From: an uncultured delta proteobacterium
GTDB lineage: Bacteria > Desulfobacterota > WTBG01 > CAIYCZ01 > CAIRTM01
Length of the DNA: 64,000 nucleotides
Reading direction: 5' to 3'
Assembly: GCA_963804955.1 (NCBI GenBank)
Contig: CAWDSQ010000014.1
Location: forward strand, 64,001 to 128,000
Part shown: one piece after another, positions 24,322-34,429 of the stretch
How positions within the stretch are numbered: the first letter of the stretch is position 1
How the letters are laid out: each line of letters starts with the position of its first letter
Position numbers and translations under genes: made by a program
Notes under the pieces: model-generated
Databases searched by the model: none
What the model was told of the DNA's origin: nothing
Seen by the model: the letters and a program-made list of their open reading frames with translations, nothing else

Positions 24322-24555
24322 TCCTCATGCACCTCCAGAAATTTTTTCTTTAGGACCCTTTGCTCTTATCTGCTTATATAAGGCTATATCAATATATCGC
24401 ATATTTTTATTCGCTTTCCAAATTATTTTTGTTTTGTTTCCTGACCGGACACGGCAGCACAGACAGACCTCAGCATGACGACAATTGGTCATTACGTGCC
24501 CTCCAGCAAGCTCCAGCTGACGCAAGACCAGATGAACGCGTTGGCGGGCCAGCTA

Positions 24556-25842
24556 TCAGCGATTAAATGATTCTTTTGTTTTATTGTAATAGCCGAACTG
24601 CAGGCCGGGAAATTCTTTTGACAGGATTTCTTTCACCTTGCCCAGGCCCATGCCGGGCTCATCGGGCGGCGCCATGGCTTTCCAGTAAAAATCGGGATCA
24701 ATGTTCAGATTCTTCATGTGAATGAGATGAGGCGAGGTTTTTCGTATCAGGTCGCAGAGGGCCTCAACCTCGCCTGCCTGATCCGTGATGCCGGGAAAAA
24801 CAAGATAATTGATCATGGTGAAAGCCCCGTGCTGCCGCGCCAGCCTGAGGGACTCCACAACGTCTTCAAAGCAGTAGCCTTTTGGTTTATAGTAGCGGGT
24901 ATACAGCTCCGGGCGGGCGCTTGAAAGGCTTATGCGTATGCTGTCAAGGCCGCTGCGGCAGATGGCATCAACAAAGCGGGGTACGCTGCCGTTGGTGTTG
25001 AGGTTAATGGTGCCCGTGCCGGTTTCCTTCCGTATGGCGCTGATCGACTCGCTTATCCGCTTCCACTGCATGATGGGCTCGCCCTCGCAGCCCTGGCCGA
25101 AGCTGATGATGGGGTCCTGGGCCTCTTTGAGATGCCGCACAAAGGGCTCAACAATCTCCTGCAGCTCGGGCACGAAGCTGATGCGCTCCTGCGGGGCCAT
25201 GCATGAGCCGTCGGGCTGCAGCGATATGCAGCCAAGGCAGCCGGAATTGCACACCGGGCTTGTGGGGATGGGTGCTTCCCAGCGGCGGTGAAAAAAATTT
25301 TTAGCGGCAAAGCAGTGATAATGGACGGCGCAGTTGCGCAGATGCTCGATGAGGCGGTTGCCGGGATATTCACGCAGCCGCTTTTTCACATTCGGCAGCA
25401 GTGTCCGGTCATCGAAATTATCCGGGTTCCAGCGGAAATTGTCATCAATCTCGAAGGCTGGCGCATAATAAGCCTCATCATGAAACCCCACGGTGCTGTA
25501 GGCCCACATGGGAAGCATGGCTTTTTTTCTGCTGTAGTCCATGGCCGGCAGCAGCAGCCGCACCCAGCCCTGCTGAATGAAGGCCGACACGGCATTGCAC
25601 CTGACGGTCTTGCGGCCGATTTTGGTCTCCCGCAGCAGAACGATTTTGCGCTTTTTCGGATCATAGCCATAGGGCGGACAGCCGGGATGAAAATAAAGCC
25701 TGCTCATGGCGGGAAGCTGCACGAGATCGTTGGACGCAGGCCGCACCAGGCGCGGCCCGCTCGCCCCGGCCATCTCGAGAAACGGATGATCGTAGATGGT
25801 GCCCTGGTCGTCGGCGAATAAAAGTTTTGGTCTCATGGCCAT
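24556..25842 (-). CDS. Radical SAM protein of unknown function
   Basis: PTSPVCNSGCLGCISLQ (CxxxCxxC), SFGQGCEGEP, NLNTNG. Confidence 0.9.
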   Translation of the reverse strand: MAMRPKLLFADDQGTIYDHPFLEMAGASGPRLVRPASNDLVQLPAMSRLYFHPGCPPYGYDPKKRKIVLLRETKIGRKTVRCNAVSAFIQQGWVRLLLPAMDYSRKKAMLPMWAYSTVGFHDEAYYAPAFEIDDNFRWNPDNFDDRTLLPNVKKRLREYPGNRLIEHLRNCAVHYHCFAAKNFFHRRWEAPIPTSPVCNSGCLGCISLQPDGSCMAPQERISFVPELQEIVEPFVRHLKEAQDPIISFGQGCEGEPIMQWKRISESISAIRKETGTGTINLNTNGSVPRFVDAICRSGLDSIRISLSSARPELYTRYYKPKGYCFEDVVESLRLARQHGAFTMINYLVFPGITDQAGEVEALCDLIRKTSPHLIHMKNLNIDPDFYWKAMAPPDEPGMGLGKVKEILSKEFPGLQFGYYNKTKESFNR

Positions 25843-25995
25843 AGTGATGCTCCCCGCCTGCACGGCGGGGTATCCCGGTAGATACGATTGATATTTTATA
25901 CATGCCGTGCGTTGCCCTGCTTATCCCGCAAGCAGGACGCGGCACATTCCGGTCAGGCGTGCATGCAGGCAAGCCGGTCAGCTCGCCGGTATATG

Positions 25996-27164
25996 TTAGG
26001 CAATCTTTTTCTTAAACCGCAGGATGCTCAAAACAAGAGTGCCGAGCCCGATGGCCAGCAGGCACAGACCTTCGTCCCACAGCACCTCCATGCCGACGCC
26101 TTTAAGAAATATAGCTGCGCACGATAACCGTAAAATAGCGCAGGGGAAACAGGTAGGTGACCATCTGGATGGGCTTGGGCATATTTTCAATAGGAAATAT
26201 AACGCCCCCGAGCAGCACAATGGTCATAATGAAAAAAAACGTGAGCACCATGGCCTGCTCCTGCGTACGGGATGCGGTGGAGATGAAAAGTCCCAGGCCG
26301 AGCGTGGTAAAAAGAAAAACAGACGAAAAGAGAAACAAAAGCGGGATGCTGCCCTTGATGGGCACATTGAAGATCAGCTGGGCTCCGGTCAAGATTATCG
26401 CCACATCCACAAGCCCGATGAAGATAAAGGGCGACAGTTTCCCGATGATCAGCTCAACGCGCGTTGCGGGAGATACCAGCAGCTGCTCAAGGGTTCCGAC
26501 CTCGCGTTCGCGCACAAGGCTCTGAGCGGTAAGGTTGGTGGTCACGATGAGCAGAATCATGCAAATGACGCCGGGCACAAAAAAATATTTGCTCAGAAGT
26601 TCGGGGTTGTACCATATCCGCATCTCTTCGTTGATAATGGTTGCTTTGCCGGTATCGCGGCGCCAGGTGCCCAGAAAGTCGTTCTTGTTGAACAATGACG
26701 TATCGATGCTCTGCAGCGCATATTTTTGAGGAAAACCGCTGAGAGATAATCGTGGCATAGGTCATGGCTATGGTGGCGCTGTTTGATTCGGTTCCGTCGA
26801 CAAAAAGCTGCACCTGGGGGGAGGTGCCGGTTTTGAAGTTTTTTTGAAAATCGACCGGGATATCGATGCCGATCTTGATTTTGCCCCGGTCAAGAAGATC
26901 ACACAGTTCTTTCCGGCTTGCCGGGTAATAGAGAAGGTCGAAGTATTCGCTGTGGCCGAACTGCTCGACATACCGGCGGCTGAGATAGGTTTTATCCTGA
27001 TCAAGCACGCCCGTAGGCACATGCCTGACTTCAAATGAGGCGGCATATCCCAGAATCGCAAGCTGCAGAACGGGCGCAAGAAACAGCAGGGGATACATCT
27101 TCCAGTCCCGCTTCATCTGATGCAGTTCTTTTATGGTGATGGCAATGAGGCGATGCAGGCGCAC
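25996..27164 (-). CDS. ABC-2 exporter permease (YbhR-like; frameshifts near 26730 and 26110)
   Basis: KELHQ..RD, VDGTESNSA, WYNPEL.S..FFVPG, REREVGTLEQLLVSP. Confidence 0.85.
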
Positions 27165-27167
27165 GGT

Positions 27168-28302
27168 CTAATACCTCTTTTTAAAAAACAGGCTGCTGCC
27201 GACCAGTGAAACAACGGCAAAGAGAAACAGGATGGCCGCGTGCTGGTACAGCACGGACCAGCCGACCCCTTTCAGAATAATGCCGCGCAGTATGACCATA
27301 TAGTACTGCAGCGGCATCAACGCCGCTATAATCTGTATGGGCCGGGGCATGCTCTCAAGGGGAAAGATGAAGCCCGACAGGATGATCGAGGGCAGGATGG
27401 TCACTATGAACCCTATAAACCATGCAACCTGCGAGGTCTTTGAAATGGCCGAGATAAAAAGCCCCGCGCCGAGGGCAGACCCCAGAAATAAGAGCGACAG
27501 AAAGAGAAACAGCGGCACGCTGCCCCTGAAGGGCACATTAAAAACGTATCTGCCCGCAAGCACGATCAGGATAAGATCGAAAAAAACAATGACTATGTAG
27601 GGCGTAATCTTGCCGATCATGAGCTCGATGGGGCGCAGCGGTGAAACCATGAGGCTTTCGATGGTGCCCTTTTCCCGCTCCTTCACCAGCGACAGCGACA
27701 TGCGGATTGCTCCGACCACCATGACGATGAGGCCGATGATGCCCGGCACGAGAAAATTGAGGCTGGCAAGCTCGGGGTTGTACCAGATGTTGGGGCGCAC
27801 GTCCAGCGTGGCCATGGACGAGGAGCCTGCAATGCCGTTTGCAGTTGAGAAGATCGAAAATGACGTTCATGGATGCGGCGGCAAGAATCGCTTTCACATA
27901 GCCCATGGTGATGTTTGCCGTATTGCTGTCGGTGCCGTCGATGATCACCTGCACGGGCGTATTTTTGCCGTTGAAAATATCCTTCTGGAAATCCCGGGGG
28001 AAATGCAGCGCAACTTTCACCTCTCCCCGGTCGAGCACGCCCGCAATGTCGCTGTCTGCTGTCAGCCTTTTCTTCAGCACAAAATAGCCGGAGGTGACGA
28101 ACCGGTCGACAATGCTCCGGGACAGTTCAGTCCGGTCAAGGTCGTAGACTGCAATGGGAATATTGCGCACATCAAGGTTAATGGCATAGGCAAAAACGAG
28201 AAGCATGACGATGGGCAGCAGCAGGAGCAGCCACAGCGCCAGCGGATCGCGCAGGACCTGAATGAACTCCTTATACAGAAGGGCGCTGATTCTGCGGGCC
28301 AT
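27168..28302 (-). CDS. ABC-2 exporter permease (YbhS-like; frameshift near 27840)
   Basis: KEFIQVLRD, IDGTDSNTA, WYNPEL.S..FLVPG, KEREKGTIESLMVSP. Confidence 0.85.
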
Positions 28303-29239
28303 TTTTATTTTCCTGTGCCAGGGATACGAACACATCCTCTATGGACGGCTGAATTTCCTCGAGCAGGCTAACCTGGATGCCCTCCTGCGCGAGTATGCGC
28401 GCAAGCGCGGGCATGGCCTGCGCTGCGTCATGAACCGAAATGTGCAGCTCGTCGCCGTAAAAATTGACGTCGATGATGGCATCGCTGCTCTTCAGCAGCT
28501 TATACGCCTTGTCGATGGGGCTGCACTTGAGGTTTAAAAGCTGCTGCGTGATATAATCTTTTTTCAAGCCCTCCGGCGTGCTGCAGGCGACAAGGTTGCC
28601 CTGCCAGATAAATCCGATGCGGTTGCAGCGCTCGGCTTCCTCCATGTAGTGCGTGGTCACAAACAGCGTGGTGCCCGCATGCGACAGCTCATAGAGAAAA
28701 TCCCAGAGAATGCGGCGCGATACGGGATCGATGCCGGCGGTCGGCTCATCCAGAAAAATTATTTGCGGCTTATGCACAACCGAACAGGCAAGGGCCAGGC
28801 GCTGGCGCCAGCCGCCCGAGAGCCGCGATGCAAGGGTTTTGCGGTAGCGCTGCAGCTGCACCAGCTCTATGGCCTGCTCGATATTGCTCAGGCAGGTTTT
28901 GCGATCAGCAATATACAGCCTGCCGTAAAACCTCAGATTTTCCTCAACCGTCAAATCCTGATACAGTCCGAAGCTCTGGGACATGTAGCCGATCTGCTCC
29001 TTGACCTTTTCCGGCTCGGTGTTGATATTATAGCCGCCGATGGAGCCTTCGCCGCTGGTGGGCTCAAGAAGCCCGCAGAGCATGCGGATGGTGGTTGATT
29101 TACCCGCCCCGTTGGGCCCCAGAAACCCGAAAATCTCCCCCTGCCGGATGGAAAGGTTCAGGTTGTTGACAGCCGTGAACTTGCCATACCGCTTGGTGAG
29201 GTTTGTGGTTTCGATAGCGATCTTCGTGTAGGCCGTCAT
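28271..29239 (-). CDS. ABC exporter ATP-binding subunit
   Basis: GPNGAGKST, LSGGWRQR, FLDEPTAGID, TTHYMEEA. Confidence 0.92.
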   Translation of the reverse strand: MTAYTKIAIETTNLTKRYGKFTAVNNLNLSIRQGEIFGFLGPNGAGKSTTIRMLCGLLEPTSGEGSIGGYNINTEPEKVKEQIGYMSQSFGLYQDLTVEENLRFYGRLYIADRKTCLSNIEQAIELVQLQRYRKTLASRLSGGWRQRLALACSVVHKPQIIFLDEPTAGIDPVSRRILWDFLYELSHAGTTLFVTTHYMEEAERCNRIGFIWQGNLVACSTPEGLKKDYITQQLLNLKCSPIDKAYKLLKSSDAIIDVNFYGDELHISVHDAAQAMPALARILAQEGIQVSLLEEIQPSIEDVFVSLAQENKNGPQNQRPSV

Positions 29240-29261
29240 GGAAGTATATGCCGTGCTGCTT

Positions 29262-30227
29262 TTATTTGGAGGGTTCGATTGCAATGGCGACATCAGCTGG
29301 CATACCCGGCTTGAGCAGCTCCTCATCATTCTGAATCTGCACCTTGATGCCGTAGACAAGCTTTACCCGTTCTTCCTTGGTCTGAATATTCTTGGGCGTA
29401 AACTCGGCCTCCGGAGAGATATAGATCACCTTGCCGGGAAATGTCCGGTCGGGAAATGAATCGACAGAAACGGCAGCCGCCTGACCGATTTTCACTTTCC
29501 CGAGATTCATTTCAGAGACATAGGCCATAATCCACATATCCTGAAGATCAATGATGCTGAACAGAACACTCCCTACCGATACAAGCTCACCGGGCTCCAC
29601 ATAGCGCTCACTGATGATCCCCTTGCCGGCGCTGGTGATGGTGGCATCCTTAATTCTTCTCTTGATAAGATTTACGGCGGCCTCGGCGCTTTCCTTCACA
29701 GCCTGCCCTGCGGCAATGTCTTCAACGCGATAGCCGGATTGAAGCATTTGATTATCCTGCTGGGCCCGCTCAAAGCGCTTCTGGGCTGACTTATAGTTTG
29801 TTTCAACCGTATCGCGCGTATTTTCCGCAGCTACCTTATCGGCATGCAGTTTCCGGACGCGCTCATAATCGCGCCTGGCATTTTCAAAAATAATTTCAGC
29901 CTCCTGCAGCGTTTCCTGAGCTTTCTGCACATCCTCCTTACGGAAGCCGCTCTGAAGCATGTCAAGCCGGGCCTGTGCTTCCCGCAGGCGGCCTTCGGCA
30001 TTCTCCAGCTCCAGATCCATTTTTTCATGATCGATGCTCGCAAGAACATCACCGGGCTTCACCCTGTCGCCTTCGTCAAAAGCAAGATTCAAAATCCTGC
30101 CCGCCACCTCAGAGCGTATATCAACCTGCGTTGCCTCTATGGTGCCGGTAGATTCTACAATGGAGTCATTGCCGCTCTTGCATCCTGTTATGCATGCAAC
30201 AAAAACAAATAGAATAAAATATTTCAT
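29262..30227 (-). CDS. HlyD-family membrane fusion protein (YbhG-like), probable lipoprotein
   Basis: ITGC lipobox, GTIEA, EGDRVKPG, ISPEAEFTPKNIQT, LKPGMPAD. Confidence 0.9.
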   Translation of the reverse strand: MKYFILFVFVACITGCKSGNDSIVESTGTIEATQVDIRSEVAGRILNLAFDEGDRVKPGDVLASIDHEKMDLELENAEGRLREAQARLDMLQSGFRKEDVQKAQETLQEAEIIFENARRDYERVRKLHADKVAAENTRDTVETNYKSAQKRFERAQQDNQMLQSGYRVEDIAAGQAVKESAEAAVNLIKRRIKDATITSAGKGIISERYVEPGELVSVGSVLFSIIDLQDMWIMAYVSEMNLGKVKIGQAAAVSVDSFPDRTFPGKVIYISPEAEFTPKNIQTKEERVKLVYGIKVQIQNDEELLKPGMPADVAIAIEPSK

Positions 30228-30732
30228 AAAAAACTATCCAATCATGGTTTTGCTGACAAAAAGCCGCGCGGATCACCCCGCCGCCGGTATGCTTCACATA
30301 GTTTTTCTTGTGCATTTTAAACAACTTGACTCGTAGTTAGTACCTCAAGGCTGTGCAGAAAGTCAAGGGTCAAGATACGATGGCCAGTACTACCTTTATA
30401 CACTGCCGGCAGAAAAAGTTTCTTGAAAGTTTCTTTATTTTAAGTAATACATAGTGTTGACCGTCATAGTGCACTGCACAGCGTCTGCTGGTATGTGCAG
30501 GGACAGGGAACAGGCATATTCTTTTTCACGCAGCATGGCCACGATGCAACTGGTACAGCAACAGGCTGAATAAGCTTTAAGCTGAACATGCCCTGCACCC
30601 AGTTCTTCATTCCCTGCCTGTATGACGATGTACATATGATGGCGGCAGTTCCGGGCGGTAATCCTGCATTCCTGTCATGCGGGCAGGCTCCGGAGGCTTT
30701 CCTTACTAATTCAGCGCGACGCTAAGAATGCA

Positions 30733-31068
30733 ATGAAGGGGAAACTGACCTTTCTTATAATCAGATCACGCACAGGCAAGCGCCGGAGATTTTCAATAAG
30801 CAAAAATTTCATCCTGTGCATTGCCCTGCTCAGCCTGGTGCTGCTGGGAAGCGGCATAGCCGGAGCATTAAAATACAAGGAAAATCTGGAACTCAAAAAA
30901 AAATGCCTCCGCCTCGAGGTTGAAAAAAACAAGTTTGAAGCCGTGTCCCGCACGGTGCATAGCATTGAAAAAGATGAGGAATCCATACGAAAACTCCTTG
31001 GGCTGCAAGCCGGCAGCGCAGCTGAAAAAGACAGTGATCGACAGCCGTCCCGTGCGGAGGCCGATTGA
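30733..31068 (+). CDS. Small bitopic coiled-coil protein resembling the N-terminal half of bactofilin-associated M23 peptidases
   Basis: Basic cytoplasmic tail (LTFLII..RTGKRRRFSI), one TM helix, coiled coil; no catalytic domain; directly precedes bactofilin. Confidence 0.6.
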   Translation: MKGKLTFLIIRSRTGKRRRFSISKNFILCIALLSLVLLGSGIAGALKYKENLELKKKCLRLEVEKNKFEAVSRTVHSIEKDEESIRKLLGLQAGSAAEKDSDRQPSRAEAD

Positions 31069-31094
31069 CCAAACTCTTTTAAAAAGGTGAACCC

Positions 31095-31499
31095 ATGGCT
31101 TTATTTAAAAAAGACGTCGACATGAACAGGCTTGATACGCTTATCGGCAGCGGCACAATCGTTGAGGGCACGATAACTTCAAAAGAAAGTATCTGCGTTG
31201 AAGGAACTGTCAGGGGCGGTAAAATCATCACCGAAGGCAGCGTTATCGTCAGCGAAAAAGGCCGGGTTGAAGCCGACATCTTCGCCGACATGGTCATGCT
31301 TGGAGGTGAGGTCAACGGCAATATAGTTTCCCGCACAAAGCTCGAGATAACAACAAAGGGCAAAATGCGGGGAGACATAAAAACCGGCAGCCTTATCATT
31401 GCAGAAGGTGTTGTTTTTGAAGGCAAATGCCAGATGATCACAGACGAGCGCAACCTTAAGGCTCAGGCTGGATTGGAAGATGACGATATGCAAATTTAG
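31095..31499 (+). CDS. Bactofilin (polymer-forming cytoskeletal protein)
   Basis: MALFKK membrane-targeting N-terminus; TLIGSGTIVEG...VEG.V.G...GEVNGNI...LIIAEGVVFEGKCQM beta-helix repeats. Confidence 0.92.
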   Translation: MALFKKDVDMNRLDTLIGSGTIVEGTITSKESICVEGTVRGGKIITEGSVIVSEKGRVEADIFADMVMLGGEVNGNIVSRTKLEITTKGKMRGDIKTGSLIIAEGVVFEGKCQMITDERNLKAQAGLEDDDMQI

Positions 31500-31563
31500 C
31501 AATAAAGCAATTAATTTTATATAAAAAAAGTAGCAATCTTCGCCTCCTTCAGCAATTTTACTA

Positions 31564-31592
31564 TTGACTATCTTACTATTCACTGTTATAAT
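31564..31592 (+). promoter_or_regulatory. Sigma-70 promoter upstream of the SLT gene
   Basis: TTGACT-N17-TATAAT with extended -10 TG. Confidence 0.7.
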
Positions 31593-31733
31593 TATTATTA
31601 ACTGCATTACTGTCTTAACCCATTAGGCTCACTCACATACAGGCATCGGTCAAGAAAACGCCTGCTCCTGATTGCTTCGATTCCCTGATGTCACGGTAAA
31701 TCTCAGAATTATCTCTAACAAGGAGACGTACAC

Positions 31734-32333
31734 GTGCAGAAAAATACATGGTTCTATAGGTTTATAGTTGCCACCATCAGCATAAATACTGTCATGATCT
31801 GCATGCTCACTTTCTGGACAATTGATGACCGCCACACGCTTCAGGTTGTGCAGGTTGAAGTTCAGGAACTCAAGCGCCGTATCGAAATGGAAATCAAACT
31901 TCGGCAGGAACTGCTTCCGCAGATAAAAAAATCCGCCGAGCTGCTCAGCCGCTACAATCCGGGCCTGGACCCGTTGACAGCTCTCTCCTATGCAATAAAA
32001 ATCTGGCAATGCAGTGATGCGGTTGTGACAAACGACCTGTTAACGGCGCTTATCGTTATTGAATCAGGAGCCGACCAGAAGGCCGTAAGTCCGCACGGAG
32101 CCCTCGGCCTTACGCAGATCATGCCCGGTCATTGGCCATATGAACATAATGAGCTTCGCGATCCCTATAAAAATATCGAGGCGGGCGCAGCAATACTGCG
32201 GCAGTATGTTCAGCGCCATGGGCTGATAGGCGGCCTGCGAGCTTACAACTGCGGAACCTCCAGCAACCCCCCTGGCGACTCCTCTATGAAATATGCAAAA
32301 AAAATACTGCAAACGGCCGAAAACCATTTTTGA
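31734..32333 (+). CDS. Membrane-anchored lytic transglycosylase (SLT domain)
   Basis: TM helix plus coiled coil; ALIVIESG...AVSPHGALGLTQIMP, DPYKNIEAG, AYNCG. Confidence 0.88.
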   Translation: MQKNTWFYRFIVATISINTVMICMLTFWTIDDRHTLQVVQVEVQELKRRIEMEIKLRQELLPQIKKSAELLSRYNPGLDPLTALSYAIKIWQCSDAVVTNDLLTALIVIESGADQKAVSPHGALGLTQIMPGHWPYEHNELRDPYKNIEAGAAILRQYVQRHGLIGGLRAYNCGTSSNPPGDSSMKYAKKILQTAENHF

Positions 32334-32637
32334 CAGGCGTGCTCATTCTTCCCTCAACAAGGCGCATGCCTTGTCACTGTGCCCCCCACAGGGGCACTCC
32401 AGTGGCGCTGCCATGCCTACCTGCAAGTCGCGTTAAGCGCTTACCCATGCGCAGAAAGCTCACGTAAAAAAACCTGCGATTCGATCGTCGCCAGACAGAG
32501 AAACTATGTGCGTAGCGGGTGCAGGGACCTGGTACAACAGGCCTTTGACTGAAGGCTCAGAGTCCAACCTTCCTGAAAGCAGCACGACTGTTTTCGGGCT
32601 TTGGCGCTTAGCCACTCAAGGACGAAACCGAAAATAC

Positions 32638-32667
32638 TTGACAAATAACGTGAATACGTTTTATAAG
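32638..32667 (+). promoter_or_regulatory. Sigma-70 promoter upstream of the PxxKW gene
   Basis: TTGACA-N18-TATAAG. Confidence 0.55.
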
Positions 32668-32677
32668 TTAAATTGCG

Positions 32678-32711
32678 GATCGGACTGTGATTGAACAGTC
32701 CGATCTTTTTT
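32678..32711 (+). terminator. Terminator-like hairpin upstream of the PxxKW gene
   Basis: GATCGGACTGT-gattga-ACAGTCCGATC followed by T6. Confidence 0.65.
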
Positions 32712-32779
32712 ACGCGGCACCGGTCGCTCCTCTCGCTGAGGGGTGAACCATGATCAGATGAAAGGAGGTTTTTAGCACT

Positions 32780-33061
32780 ATGATTTGTCAAACAACCAAG
32801 CAGGGCGTCGAATGCTTCTTCATGAGCAAATCGGGCTGCACCTATAACGGGGGCACCTGTGTTCAAATTATCGCCCAGTGTGAAGGCTGCGAAAAAATCA
32901 AAGATTTCCCGTCCGGCAAATTCTGCCTGGCATATCCGCAGCCCGACCTTAAGTGGAAAAACGGAAACTGCAACTTCGCCAGTCACATAAAACGCGAAGT
33001 CAAACAGGACAAAATCGTCAACGCACTCAAGGCATCCAAGAGAAAAGCTGCTGGAAAATAA
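32780..33061 (+). CDS. PxxKW-family cysteine-rich protein
   Basis: C-x8-C-x7-C-x6-C...CEGC...C..YPQPDLKW...CNFASH...NALKASKR; strong AGGAGG RBS. Confidence 0.88.
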   Translation: MICQTTKQGVECFFMSKSGCTYNGGTCVQIIAQCEGCEKIKDFPSGKFCLAYPQPDLKWKNGNCNFASHIKREVKQDKIVNALKASKRKAAGK

Positions 33062-33084
33062 AAAATCACCTGCCATGCACTCAC

Positions 33085-33118
33085 AGCCGGACGGGCTTGC
33101 CCGGGCCGGCTTTTTTTT
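33085..33118 (+). terminator. Intrinsic terminator
   Basis: AGCCGG.CGGGC...GCCCGGGCCGGC followed by T8. Confidence 0.7.
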
Positions 33119-33331
33119 GCCCTGCACAGCAAAAAACCCCGACAGCTTGTACCATGCAGCACACACTGCTGCAGCAACGGTGCGCGCCTCTCATGGGAGC
33201 GCATCTCCTGGGAGCTGTAAAAATTAATATTTCACAAGCACTCCGTTCGGCAATTGCATCCTTCACGCCGGCTTGAAATAACAGGCTTCATGTTCTCTGT
33301 TCGGCAGAAGGATTATGCTCATGATCAACCA

Positions 33332-33370
33332 AAGAGAAGGCCCCTTCGTATGCGGAAGGGGCCTTCTCTT
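33332..33370 (-). terminator. etfA terminator
   Basis: AAGAGAAGGCCCCTTC...GAAGGGGCCTTCTCTT long inverted repeat. Confidence 0.8.
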
Positions 33371-33396
33371 GTTTACGTATAAAAAAGCAGGGCTGT

Positions 33397-34386
33397 TTAT
33401 TCAGCCATAAGCTTTTTAACTTCGGCGGTCAGGGCAGGCACGACCTTAAAAAGGTCATCGATCACGCCATAATCGCATTTGGTGAAAATAGGCGCTTCTG
33501 AATCCTTGTTGATTGCAACAATCATCTTTGAGGTTCCCATGCCGGCATAATGCTGGATTGCGCCGGAAATACCGCAGGCGATATACAGATTGGGAGAAAC
33601 GACCTTGCCTGTCTGGCCGACCTGGTCGGACAGGGGGCGCCAGCCTGCATCGACTGCCGCGCGTGATGCGCCAACTGTAGCGCCGATAACAGCTGCCAGC
33701 TCTTCGATCATTGCATAATTTTCCGGGCCCTTCATGCCGCGGCCGCCGGAGACGATGCGCTCGGCTTCGGTAAGGTCAACCTTGCCGGCTGCGGTTTTAA
33801 CGACTTCGAGGACCTTCACGCGGATATCGCCGGCTGCAAGTTCGGGGGCCACCGTAACGACTTCAGCCGTGCGGGCCGCATCAGGAGCAGCAGCCACCAG
33901 CACATTGGGCCGAAAAGACGCCATGCTGATATCGGTGTTCTGGAAAGTGACTTCAGCATAGACTTTGCCGGAATACATGGGCCGCCGCACGACAACCTTG
34001 TCGCCGTCAAGCTTAATATCGACGCAGTCGGCTGCAAGGCCGGCATTCACGCGGGCCGCAACTTTCGGCGCCAGATCCTTGCCCATTACTGTTGCGCCAA
34101 AAAACACCATGGAGGGCTGCTCCTTGGCAATAAGATCGGCAAGCGCCTTTGCATAGGCGTCGGTGGTGTACTGGCCAAGTAGGTCATGGCTCACCATATA
34201 GGCCTTGTCTGCACCATAGGGGGCAAACCTGTCGGCAAGAGCGGCTATATCTTTGCCGAGGCATACGGCAGCAAGCTGCTCGCCTTTGGCATCTGCTATT
34301 TTACGGACATTGCTCAATATTTCAAAGGTAACCTTTCTTACCTTACCGTCTTCCTGCTCGGCAAAAACCCAAATTCCTTTTCCCAT
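33397..34386 (-). CDS. etfA: Electron transfer flavoprotein alpha subunit
   Basis: IVSGGRG, GASRAAVDAGW, QVGQTGKVVSP.LYIACGISGAIQH, AINKD. Confidence 0.96.
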   Translation of the reverse strand: MGKGIWVFAEQEDGKVRKVTFEILSNVRKIADAKGEQLAAVCLGKDIAALADRFAPYGADKAYMVSHDLLGQYTTDAYAKALADLIAKEQPSMVFFGATVMGKDLAPKVAARVNAGLAADCVDIKLDGDKVVVRRPMYSGKVYAEVTFQNTDISMASFRPNVLVAAAPDAARTAEVVTVAPELAAGDIRVKVLEVVKTAAGKVDLTEAERIVSGGRGMKGPENYAMIEELAAVIGATVGASRAAVDAGWRPLSDQVGQTGKVVSPNLYIACGISGAIQHYAGMGTSKMIVAINKDSEAPIFTKCDYGVIDDLFKVVPALTAEVKKLMAE

Positions 34387-34429
34387 TGTTTCTTTCTCCT
34401 TTTATTTAAAATAAGTTAATGTCGCCGGA

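Noticed and set aside
30455..30645. 6S RNA
   Set aside because: Size fits, but the usual zapA/ygfA context and recognisable central-bubble motifs are missing; kept only as an unnamed candidate.
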